A stretch of DNA of 64,000 bases from NCBI GenBank assembly GCA_964252035.1, contig OZ176209.1; one strand, given 5' to 3'. Positions 35,383 through 45,850 of this stretch are shown one piece after another (positions within the stretch are counted from its first letter, which is position 1; each line of letters begins with the position of its first letter). A program made the translations under genes and the position numbers. A model generated the notes under the pieces. The model worked only from the letters and a program-made list of their open reading frames with translations. It was not told the DNA's origin and ran no database searches. This stretch comes from Podarcis erhardii. Lineage: Eukaryota.

Positions 35383-36104
35383 GCCCCCCCTTTTTTTACA
35401 TTTTCTTAGCTAAAAGTACAGAATAAGTGGCACACCAGAAGGATACTATGATTCTTCCTGATACCAAGAACAAGTGGGGGCAGGTTTCACGGGAAGAAGG
35501 TAGATCCTCTTTTCCCAACATGAAACCCTCCAGATGTTTCATACAACAATTTCCACCAGTCAATGCAGCACAGCCATGATAGCTGCTCCTTAAGGGAGTT
35601 CTATGAGCTGGATCTGGACCTATTCGTACTTAGAGTAGAATACTCAAGTCAATTCTTTTAAAAGGACTATTCCAAACCTAAATCTGGATCCGAGCCAAAT
35701 GATTTCGTATATAAAATCCTGTGCATTTTTCTTTGACTGCTTTCGTTGAAAATTTGAGCTGCATTTTTTTCCCCGATAGAGAAGTGTCTAGATTCCTGTT
35801 GTTGTTGTTGTTGTTGTTACTATATTAATTTAGGAATAGTTTCTTGCTTATGCAGTTCACCCCTGTTCACTGAGGGCTAGTGGTTTTATCATGCTAAACT
35901 GAGCTCAAACTGCTGTACTCGACCTTTTAAAAAAATTAGGGGAAGTGTTCTTTGTCCTCGATCCTGTTATTTGTGACTGACCCATAAGAACAAGTAAGAA
36001 ACAATTGATTCAAATCTGATGGTTTTCAGTGTGCCTCAATGACAACTAACGTTAGCTGGATTTATGTATTTGTTGCAAAGTGTTATTCTTTTAAGAACTC
36101 TGTG

Positions 36105-36326
36105 CGGTCAAACCCCGATTCTTGAACTTAATCCATTCTGGAAGCCCGTTCGGCTTCTGAAATGTTCAACAATTGAGGCATGGCTTCCGTTTGGTTGCAA
36201 GGCTTCCTCCACTCAAGCAGGAAGCTGCATTGGACATTTGGCTTCTGAGCATTTACTTTCAGGTTTTCAGCATTTGGAAGCCAAAACGTTCCAAAACGGA
36301 GGAGTTCAGGAGCTGAGGTTTGACTG
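36105..36326. mobile_element. Tigger-like MITE, family C
   Basis: TIRs cggtcaaacc / ggtttgactg-TA. Confidence 0.65.
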
Positions 36327-36811
36327 TATAAACTTTAAAACAGCAAAGAAGGAATGCAAAATTGGTGAAAACTGGAATCTTTGGAATGTATTTATAATCT
36401 TCCATTTGTTATGTCTGGCATCACTAAAAACCACCAATGATTAGTTTGTCTAGCTGACAAAGGAATTTTTTTCTACAATTCTCCTGTTAATAATTTATTT
36501 TTCATATTGTAAAAATATCTATAGACATGCTTTGTTGGGCTGTTTAAAATGATTAGTTGGTTTGTTGCAACTTTAACCTTAATAAGTAATGCTAGTCAAT
36601 AAGTAATGAGTCTAACAAATTACTTATTTAACAAATATTAGTTTTAATGAAAATAATATTTTTACAACCCCTTGCTAGGCTGATACAATGTAAGTTGGTA
36701 CTTAGTTGCCAAGAAGCTTAATGTTGTTCACTGATATTAATTTTGATAAATGTAAGTTTTGATATAAAAACACTGTTGACTTCTTATTTTTGTCATTATT
36801 ATTATTTTCAG

Positions 36812-36903
36812 GAAAGATTGGCAGATGAAATAGACAAGCTGAGAGTTGAACTTGACCAATTGAAAATAAGAGCAGGTTCTTTAATTGATCCCACGTTGTC
36901 AAG
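36812..36903 (+). CDS. PPFIA2: PPFIA2 exon (92 nt, phase 0-2): ERLADEIDKLRVELDQLKIRAGSLIDPTLS(R)
   Basis: ttttcag|GAA ... AG|gtagcc. Confidence 0.93.
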
Positions 36904-37617
36904 GTAGCCTAAGAAAACCATAATATTTTCTTAATTTTAATACATTTAAAATCATACTATGTTGAAAATACTGTTTGCAGTTCACCATCCACCATGTGTT
37001 GCAAGCAGCCTTTGAAAATGTTATCATTTTAATCATCGTCATTTTCTAAGGTACTGGGTGAAGCGCTTCCTTTCATAACTGCCAATGGGAAATCTGCTTT
37101 AGGCATTTATAGGTTGTTTTGCGTGGGTTTTGGGAAAGTGTTGGCAGGAAGAGGAATGGACAAATAAGTCCATGATTAAATTCAGATGTGATGAATATTG
37201 CATTAGTTCTCCTGATTATAATGCTAGCACATCTGTCCCATTTTCTAATGTTCCTTTCACGTTGCAGTACCTGTTGCATTAGGGAACCTGTAGCATTTAG
37301 TGCTACCGTTCGTTCACACCAGTGGTCATGGTGTGACACACAGTGAATGTCACTGGATGAGGTTGATGCTCCCCCATTCATCCTTTCACATGTGTGCTTC
37401 TGTTTCTCCATTACGTCCCCATGAAAACAGTAGGAAAGAACTGTATGCCAATGTACCACCCCCAATTTTGTCCCTTCCATGAGTTTCTGGGTTAAGGGGC
37501 TGCAAAGTTATTTTTTTCTAGTAACAGGTAGGTAGCCGTGTTGGTCTGCCGTAGTCGAAACAATATTTAAAAAAATCCTTCCAGTAGCAGCTTAGAGACC
37601 AACTAAGTTTGTTCTTC

Positions 37618-37655
37618 GTATGAGCTTTCGTGTGCATGCACACTTCTTCAGATAC
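37618..37655 (-). ncRNA. Minimal type-I hammerhead ribozyme motif (PLE-type)
   Basis: minus strand reads GTAT-CTGAAGA-A-GTGTGCATGCACAC-GAAA-GC-TC-ATAC. Confidence 0.75.
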
Positions 37656-37784
37656 ATTGAAACAAAAGTCACAGAGGGTGGGGAAGGGTATTGCTCAGAA
37701 GGTTGGTGGGGATGGGTGGTTGGCTGATAGGTTTGGTAAACCAGTTGACAACTGCAATTGGTCGTACAGGAAAAAGCAAGGGGT

Positions 37785-37862
37785 GAGATGGATTCTTATC
37801 TCATTATACATGAGATGGATCTTTATCTCATTATACATGTGGATTCTTCTCTCATTATACAT
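37785..37862. repeat. Three tandem copies of a 24-27-nt unit (gagatggattcttatctcattatacat)
   Basis: units at 37785-37811, 37812-37838 and 37839-37862. Confidence 0.9.
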
Positions 37863-38044
37863 GATAAAGCTATTTTTAGCCATCTCACCCCTTGCTTTTT
37901 CCTGTAAGACCAATTGCAGTCGTTAATAGTCGTCAACAGGATTACCACACCTATCAGCCAATCACCCATTCCCACCACCCTTCTGAGCAATACCCCTCCC
38001 CACCCTCTCACTATATATAAGGGTCTGGTGACTTCTGTTGCAGT

Positions 38045-38082
38045 GTATCTGAAGAAGTGTGCATGCACACGAAAGCTCATAC
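38045..38082 (+). ncRNA. Minimal type-I hammerhead ribozyme motif (PLE-type), sense to the PPFIA2 pre-mRNA
   Basis: GTAT-CTGAAGA-A-GTGTGCATGCACAC-GAAA-GC-TC-ATAC: intact CUGANGA and GAAA, palindromic stem II, stem I GUAU/AUAC. Confidence 0.78.
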
Positions 38083-38877
38083 CAATAACAAACTTAGTTG
38101 GTCACTAAAGAGCTGCTGGAAGGATTCCCCCCCCCCCCAAATCAAATAACATGGAAGTGAGCACTAAACATGCATCATATACCACTGGTTTTCAGGAAAT
38201 GGCTATTATGTCATGTGACAGCTCACATGCAATTCAGAAATTAACAATTAGGGAAATGGAATAAACTTCATGTAAATGCAGCCTGTTTCTGATTTGTATG
38301 ACTTTTATATACAGTTACCCATAAGTCTGTTCTGCTTCATCTCCACGTTAAGTTTTATTTCAATCTGGGGGAGGGGAAAAGATCACATTTCAAGTGTATA
38401 TTTAAGTGTGTCTTTTAAAATGTATCTTTTCTCAAAATGCACCCTTGTAAATGATGAAACGTTTGAGCTGAGAATTATGCAGAAACATTTGGGAAGTGCA
38501 AAAGCTAGTGGGAAACTTAAGCTTCATCCAAGAGTTGTTCATTTGGTCTTGAATCCTGGTTGATTTCAACCCAAGTTTTGCCAGTTCAAGTTTCATTGCT
38601 GTCTCCACACCACACTGACTCTCAGGAAAACGTGTCATTTTGAGTTTTACTGCTTATTTCTAGTTTCCATTCAGATACATCACAGAGCTTTATTACCCTT
38701 GTAGTATTTCAGGAAACCACCCAAAATTGTTTTCTTTATGTATAGAATGAGATTTCATAGGATGAACGTCTCTGCACATTGTAAAACAGTTGATAAATTG
38801 TTGATTTTTTATTTATTTTTTACGGTTTGGCTTATTTATTTGCATCTGCTAATTCGTGTGCTGCAACTGTTTTTCAG

Positions 38878-39013
38878 ACCACATCTTGATTCATCAGCAG
38901 AGCTGAGGTACTCTGTGAGCTCCCTAGTTGATAGCCAACCAGATTATAGGTCTACTAAGGTGATAAGAAGACCTAGAAGAGGCCGTATGGGAATCCGGAG
39001 AGACGAACCAAAG
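38878..39013 (+). CDS. PPFIA2: PPFIA2 exon (136 nt, phase 2-0): (R)PHLDSSAELRYSVSSLVDSQPDYRSTKVIRRPRRGRMGIRRDEPK
   Basis: ttttcag|A ... AAG|gtttat; inside ORF 38738..39058. Confidence 0.95.
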
Positions 39014-39362
39014 GTTTATCTTGTTCTTTGTTTATTAAAAGCAGTGCTCCTATTATAGTAATGGAAATGGATAGGTTTTAGCCATAGTGGTCCAAGGAGT
39101 CTAGATGTTCAGTGACAGAGGCACAACATTCACTGCTGCTCAGGAAGATTGGCTTGGTAAGGAGGAACTGTAGTCCAGCCAAGCCCTGCCTCAAGGCCAT
39201 TCCTCTTTCTGGAAAGTGACTCTTGTACAAGTGGCCTGAGAAAACTAAAAGGTGTTAATCAATGCCAACAGTGTTTCAATGTACTAGGCTTTCTGTTTTT
39301 AATTTCTCTCAAAATTAACATTTGGAATGAGGCTGATCGGGTATGCATTTCTTTCCAATTAG

Positions 39363-39583
39363 GTGAAATCCCTTGGAGATCATGAATGGAGCAGAAGTCA
39401 ACCGATGGGTGTTCTGAGCAGCCATCATTTTGAGAGTGACACTGAAATGTCTGACATTGATGATGACGACAGAGATACAATATTTAGCTCCATGGATCTT
39501 CTGTCGCCAAGTGGACATTCTGATGCCCAAACCCTTGCTATGATGCTTCAGGAACAACTGGATGCAATCAACAAAGAAATCAG
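39363..39583 (+). CDS. PPFIA2: PPFIA2 exon (221 nt, phase 0-2): VKSLGDHEWSRSQPMGVLSSHHFESDTEMSDIDDDDRDTIFSSMDLLSPSGHSDAQTLAMMLQEQLDAINKEI(R)
   Basis: ccaattag|GTG ... AG|gtactt; contains the liprin-alpha motif DAQTLAMMLQEQLDAINKEIR. Confidence 0.96.
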
Positions 39584-40106
39584 GTACTTGTACATCACTA
39601 AAAAGCAAGAGCTTTCTCATCCCAGGCAACAAATCGTGGAAATGCTTGCAATAAATAAAATGAGTTTATTCACATGCATCTGGCTGGTCTCTGAGGGAAG
39701 CAGAACAACCAACTTAGGTGGAATTTTATTCATATTAGCAGTGCAATCCTGAAACAACTATTACGTATTTTTCAAAAGAAAAGGCAAATGTGTACATTTG
39801 TTTAAGAGAATTTGTATACCACTTTATTGTCAGCAAAACCAGTAAGCATTTAATGTCTCCCCAAAAGTAGAGCCTTTAGTTCAGCTATGTTCATGTAATA
39901 TACAGCCATAAGAGACAACTACGCAATACCTCTCAGGCCCCTTAACATTTCAACTGTTTGTTGTGTAGGTTTTCCACCTTTCAAGGTGGAATGTTTCAGC
40001 TGTGGTGAACCTTTGAAGTCATTTAAGCAACTGATTCTACAAAATTGCTAAATCAATTGAAATAGATGCTTTGACTACAGTGTACATCATTATAATATTT
40101 GACATT

Positions 40107-40211
40107 ATATATATATATATATATATATATTGCTGGAAGCCACCCAGAGTGGCTGGGGAAACCCAGCCAGATGGGCGGAGGTATAAATAATAAAATTATT
40201 ATTATTACTAT
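40107..40211 (+). mobile_element. (TA)n microsatellite plus L2-type 3' tail
   Basis: tatatata... then ggaagccacccagagtggctggggaaacccagccagatgggcgg and (att)n. Confidence 0.75.
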
Positions 40212-40336
40212 TATCTTCTTATTTAAAGCTCACCGATGGGTCTCCAACATGATGTACTGGTGAAGCCTATATCATTTGTGAAAAGCACCTTATTAAACTG
40301 TTGCCAGGGATCAGGGCAAGGAAGCAATTCGCTGTA

Positions 40337-40563
40337 CAGTGGTACCTCTGGTTACGAACGCTTCTGGTTAGGAACGCTTCAGGTTACAAGCTCTGCTAAC
40401 CCGGAAGTAGCTGCTCCTGGTTGCAAACTTTGCCCCAGGATGTGAACGGAAAAAGCGCACGCAGCAGGAGGCCCCATTAGCAAAAGCATGCCTCAGGATA
40501 AGAACATTTTACCTTAAGACAGACCTCTGGAATGAATTAAATTCATAACCAGAGGTACCACTG
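40337..40563 (-). mobile_element. Tigger-like MITE, diverged family A copy
   Basis: TA-cagtggtacctctgg...ccagaggtaccactg-TA. Confidence 0.8.
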
Positions 40564-40629
40564 TATTGGAATACCACTCACATGACATTAGCTGTTTTAA
40601 TTCTGCTGCCTCCCAATTCGTGTTTATAG

Positions 40630-40867
40630 GTTAATCCAAGAGGAAAAAGAATCAACGGAATTGCGTGCTGAAGAAATAGAAAATAGAGTAGCCAGTGTAA
40701 GCCTAGAAGGCTTAAACCTGGCCAGGGTCCATCCTGGCACATCCATTACTGGCTCCATTACAGCTTCCTCCCTTGCAAGTTCTTCTCCTCCAAGTGGGCA
40801 TTCTACTCCAAAACTCACTCCCCGCAGCCCAGCCAGGGAGATGGATCGTATGGGCATCATGACACTG
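40630..40867 (+). CDS. PPFIA2: PPFIA2 exon (238 nt, phase 2-0): (R)[79 protein letters not shown]
   Basis: tttatag|G ... CTG|gtaaga; overlaps ORF 40661..40900. Confidence 0.96.
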
Positions 40868-41586
40868 GTAAGAAAATGTACAAATACAGTTTTGTGCTGA
40901 TCGTTTCACTTATTTTATTACTTCTCTAAATAAGATTTTTTTTCTATAGCTTGTTTCTTTTCCTGCTCATTTATTTATTTGCCTATTATTATGTTTTTGT
41001 CTGTAGTAGAATCACGTTAACCATTAATACAAAATGCAATAAGACTTCATATAGGGCCATTGCCAGTGTTACACAAGATACAGTAAACAATAAAAAATAG
41101 TAATGAAATGAATTTGTGGGTTGCTGGGATAAGCACTCTTCATTATGTTTCCAGTCAGTGCTCCAGAAAGCTGTTTAGGATACCAAACAATGAAAAGTTT
41201 TGTGGCCCTTTAAAGACTTAACAAATTTATGATGGCATTCGTGTGAGAATCCTTAAGTGCTTTTCCTAATAAAAGGACTTCTCAGATATATCGTGTCTGT
41301 TTGCACAGTGTAAGGAGGCAAAATCTGGTGCTGTAAAAAGACTATAGGGCAGGGAGACCAGCTGAAGCTAATGGAAGGCACCCCACGCCACTGAGGTCAC
41401 CTGAGCCTCAAGTGACAACAACGAATCCAGAAATATCCCTAATCTGTGAACCTGCCCCTTCAGGGGGAGTGTAACCCTATCAAGAGGAGGCAACCTTCTA
41501 GCCATCCCAGTCTAGGGAACTGCTCACTAACAGTGCCTCAGTCTTAACTGGATTTAGCTTCAGTTTGTTGGCTCTTATCCAGTCCA

Positions 41587-42370
41587 TTACCAATGATCCA
41601 GCACATCCACTCTCTCACCTGCAGATATATAGGAGAAATAGAGTTGTATGTCATCAGTGTATTGCTGACAGCATACTCCAAGCCTATCGATAACCCCACT
41701 CAGCAGTTTCATGTAGACGTTAAACAGCATAGGGGATAAAATCAAACCCTGAGGAACCCCACATTGAAGGCTCCATGGGGCTGGAGAATCCTCCACAAGC
41801 AACACCCTCTGGAAACAACTATCCAAGTAGGACCAGAACCACAGCAAAGTGGTGCCACCCACCCCCAACTCGGACAGCTGCTCCAGAAGGATACCATCGT
41901 CAAAGGTATCGAAAGCTGCTGAGGGCTTGAGGAGAATTAACAGGGGCACATTTCCCTGTCTCTCTCCCAACAGAGGTCATCATACAGGGCGACCGAAGTA
42001 GTTTCTGTACCCAAACCAGTCCTAAACCCTGACTGAAATCGATCTAGAAAATCAGTTTCCTCCAAGAGTACCTGGATCTGGTCTGTGAGCACCTGTTCAA
42101 GAACGTTGCCCAAGAAGAAGATATTAGCAGTAGTTACTTAGGTTTTCTGAATCCAGGGAGGGTTTCCTGAGGAATGGTTTTACCACTGCCTCCCTCAAGC
42201 AGGCAGGGACCACCCCCTCTCACAAGGAGACATTAATCACCTCCCTAGCCCAGCCTGCTGTCCCCTCCCTCCTAGATATTACCAGCTCAGGGTCTAGGGT
42301 GCTAGTGGTCACCCTGACCAATCCAAACACCTTGTCCACATCCCCAAGCCTTACTAACTGAAAGGCATTG
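41587..42370 (-). mobile_element. L2 LINE reverse-transcriptase remnant (degenerate ORF2)
   Basis: minus-strand translation has FQSGFRTGLGTET, SAAFDT, GVPQGLILSPMLFNVYM and QQYTDDIQLY (decayed YADD motif). Confidence 0.88.
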
Positions 42371-43292
42371 CATGTATGAACTTCCATTTACAAGTTTGAT
42401 ACAAGATTCCCAACTCTGGTTTGCAAGGGGTTATTCAAGCCATAGTTTGCCAGTTTGGATATCATGGCCAACTATGGTTTGTCAAAAGTCAGGAAGTTAC
42501 TATTAAAGTAGAATGCATGGGAGAAGAAAGGGCAGGGAAAGGAGGTGGAAGCCTACTACAGAGTTCATTCATGACATCCAAATCAACTCCTGGTGTTGCA
42601 ACAGCAAAACAGAGTCACAAGAAGACTGGTGGGGTGGTACCAGGGCTTTTCTTCAGCTGCAACTCACCAGGATTCAGTTCCAGCACCTCTCAGGTGGGCA
42701 CCATTGCTATCATAATAGAACAAGGAAGATGATGAGTTCTAGAAAAATAGCACTGGGTGGTACTACATAGGGACAGAACTTAATTTGCTGCATGGCAACA
42801 AATGCGACTTAAGGCAGCCCTGCTTTTCCTGCTGCAGTTAAAATAGCAGCATAGGATCTAACTGCAAATTAAAAGATTCAAGTATGTTTGTGGAGTTGGT
42901 TCCAGAGAAAACTAAGCAGAATTCTCATCATACAGTGGGACTTTCCTGAGTCCTTCCCCCATCTACCACAGAGCCCATAATCTCCGAAAAGCCTTCTGAG
43001 GCTCAACATACTACCTTGAACAATCTTGGATGAGGCTAGTGGAGTTGCAGCAATATGGGGAAACGGGGAGATTTCATGGGGCTGCTTTGCATAAGTGGGA
43101 GTGCTTTTCACCTTGCACAAGTTAACTCTAGATCCAAGCCATAGTATTTTACTTGAAGTTTTGCAGTTTCCAAAACATTGATTTTCCGGTTTGATGTTGA
43201 AAAATGGAAATGGATAGGATATCAGTATCTTTTATTTTACCTACACGGCTTTGATCATTCCCCTTTCTTCTTTCCTTTGTTTTCAACTCCAG

Positions 43293-43322
43293 CCGAGTGA
43301 TCTCAGGAAGCACCGGAGAAAG
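43293..43322 (+). CDS. PPFIA2: PPFIA2 30-nt mini-exon (phase 0-0): PSDLRKHRRK
   Basis: long pyrimidine tract, caactccag|CCG ... AAG|gtatgc; supplies the liprin PSDLRKHRRK motif expected between the flanking exons. Confidence 0.92.
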
Positions 43323-43878
43323 GTATGCATACTTTTCTCTCTCTTTTAGCATGCTGCTGTGAATTTTCTCCCATGTGCACTTAAAACTCAGTTTAACCGG
43401 ATTTTTCCCACAGGTTTTTTAAAGTAATTTTGCAAAATGAATTTTTGCATTTGTAATTGGAACTTGAGAACATCTAAAATCAGGCCTCAGCTCTTGAAAC
43501 TCACAAAGATGATTTGTGTCATCTTTGAAATTTGATGTGTAACTCATTGTGAATCATAACTTTGCATATTAGTTTATAAAGCTGCAGAAAACTTCTCATT
43601 ATTCTTCTAAATAGTAAAGCACCCTGAATGTTATAGCAATACATGACACAAGCATATATGAAACTACCAGAAGTTGTCATTACTTCCAGCTTATTAAGCA
43701 GAACCCTGGTAATTCTGTACTGATACATAATTTTGATCTTGCTTTGATATGTATCCAGTTGTAACTTTGGCTATGTATGTGGGATTAATGAAACAATGGT
43801 GGCATGCATCAAATTACACAGATGAGTCAATATCTGAGGCCTGTCTTTTGCTGGTCTCAATTTTATACACTTCTTTAG

Positions 43879-44522
43879 TGGCAGAGCGTGTCCTCCCTAA
43901 AAGAGGGCACGTGTTGCGGTGAGACCTGGAGACTGACTTTCTGGTTGTGGGTGGGTATACTTCTCCCTATATTTAGGGCATTTTTGCAATTGACCTTGCT
44001 ATGCCGTCATGTGTCATCTGTCTTTGGGACAGGGGCACAGCAGGAATTTTCCCCACTTGCTGATTGGCTGTTGCCATTTGGGTTTTGTCTGCTGCATAGC
44101 AAATCGTCACAACTTCTAAGGTTGCGGATAGGCAGTGGTTCAGGTGATAGGGATGGGAGAACAGTCTCGCCATCCCTATGTGAAGGGTATTCTGTTAAAG
44201 GAATCCAGGGACTCAACTTGGTTTGGCCAACCCCCAAAAGGGGATTGTTCCCATGCCTGAGTCCAGGGGAGCATCTGGGGAGTGGGCATAGTCTGTTCCC
44301 AGGCTTTCTACCTACCTCAGGTGTTCACCCTTGGCTGACCTATGATAGAGCTCTGGGTCAGCACTACCTGCAAGGGTGCAGGGAGCTAGTCGAACCAGAG
44401 CCTATGCAACCACTCATTTTCTGTAATCAATAAAGTTGTGGCCTAAATTCTGCCAAAAACCAAAACTAAAATTTGAGTCAATTGTGTTTTTATTTGGGGG
44501 GGGGTCTCTGGGTCTGAACACA
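43879..44522 (+). mobile_element. LTR-like element, sense to PPFIA2
   Basis: shares ccttgctatg, ggaattttcc(c)cacttg, aatcgtca, ttccgttaaagg/ttctgttaaagg and aataaagttgtggcct with the reverse complement of 12540-13350. Confidence 0.55.
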
Positions 44523-45719
44523 CAATTGGTTTCCTCCCTGAATCTACTTTGAATACTGAAGAGTATTTTGAGCTAGAATATCCATTGTATGTTCATATAA
44601 ATTAGCCAGGCTTTGCAAACATGGAGTGTGAGAAGACACAGCATGTGTAAGCAACACAGTCCTATCAACCTGTTCTGTACTGGGTCCATATAAAGTTAAT
44701 TAAATGATGCCCGAGGTCCAAACATTACAGTAAGCTAATTACTGGCCCCATCCACTCTTGGTTTTTCTTTATACACAGTTGGGAGGGTAGAATCTTGAAC
44801 AGGGCCATGGAGGTAGTTGAGGGCATTTAACTTGACCATCACTATGGTCCAGATACAGATTGCCCTGCATCTGCAGTTGCTGTTTAGAAAACAAACATGG
44901 AAGGGCCAATCATGTGTGTGGTTTATTTATAGTTTTTATTATGCTTTTGATTATTTTATATACAAAAAAAAAAAGGCTAATCACAAGCAAAAAAAGCAAC
45001 ACAGAGTTGCAATAAACATTAATAGTGAAAAGAAAAGAAATTAACCAAAAACCCCCCACAATAATTATGTATCTATGTCAAGAGGATGGGGTGTGGAATT
45101 ATGTTACCAGCCCAAACTTGCTCAGTATTCTTTGTTTGTGCAACCCTGTGTAGGGTGTCGATATAGCCAAGAATCTTCCACTCCTTTTCTGAATAAAGAG
45201 GTTCACTTTCTTGAAATTCCTCAGTTGTGTCATGTCTTCCATCCATTGTATATTTGAGGGTGGAAACTTTCCATCCAGTATGGAAACATAGGCATTTAGC
45301 CCCCATGGGTGCCTACAGTGGATTACAAAGAGTTGGTACATAATTCCACAAGCTGTTGACACCATTTGACACCATGTTGCCTGGGTGCTCACCATAGTGC
45401 CAGCACTGACCTGTGCTTGATATGTTTTATGGCCAGTTGTGTGCTCATTTGGGCCAGTTTGGGCCTCAGAGATTGGAAAATGGGACTTGAATGGCTCTCT
45501 GTAGGGCCATGATCATATCCGATTATCTCCTTGGCGTTTTTCTTCTGTTACTTTTGCGTCCCACGAATGGAATGTGGTTTTTATGTAAGCCCTTATGCTT
45601 GCTTGGAAAGTATGGTGAATTCCAAACAGTTTGCCTACTGCACAATTTGAATTATTTCTTGCAAATAACTTAGGAAGTTGGTTTCTAAGCTGCCTTTTAT
45701 GGACATGGTTTGTTTGTAG

Positions 45720-45850
45720 ATCGCAGTCGTCGAAGAAGATGGGCATGAAGACAAAGCCACAATAAAATGTGAAACCTCCCCTCCTCCAACACCTAGAGCC
45801 ATTAGAATGACTCATACTCTACCTTCTTCATACCACAATGATGCTAGAAG
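45720..45850 (+). CDS. PPFIA2: PPFIA2 exon (131 nt, phase 0-2): IAVVEEDGHEDKATIKCETSPPPTPRAIRMTHTLPSSYHNDAR(S)
   Basis: tttgtag|ATC ... AG|gtaaga; KCETSPP motif. Confidence 0.95.

Larger units (their letters stand above)
37522..38126. mobile_element. Penelope-like element: two pseudo-LTR copies in inverted orientation
   Basis: left arm 37574-37791 is the reverse complement (with two indels) of right arm 37880-38126; same terminus as 17355 and 58026. Confidence 0.75.

Noticed and set aside
37785-37862. CRISPR-like 27-nt direct repeats
   Set aside because: Units are directly adjacent with no unique spacers, the context is a vertebrate intron, and there are no cas genes.
41190-41245. Degenerate second Penelope-type terminus (gtggccctttaaagacttaacaaattt)
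   Set aside because: Too short and decayed; no hammerhead core remains.
43888-44433. 181-aa ORF
   Set aside because: Lies inside the LTR-like repeat, starts at GTG, and shows no gag/pol/env motifs.
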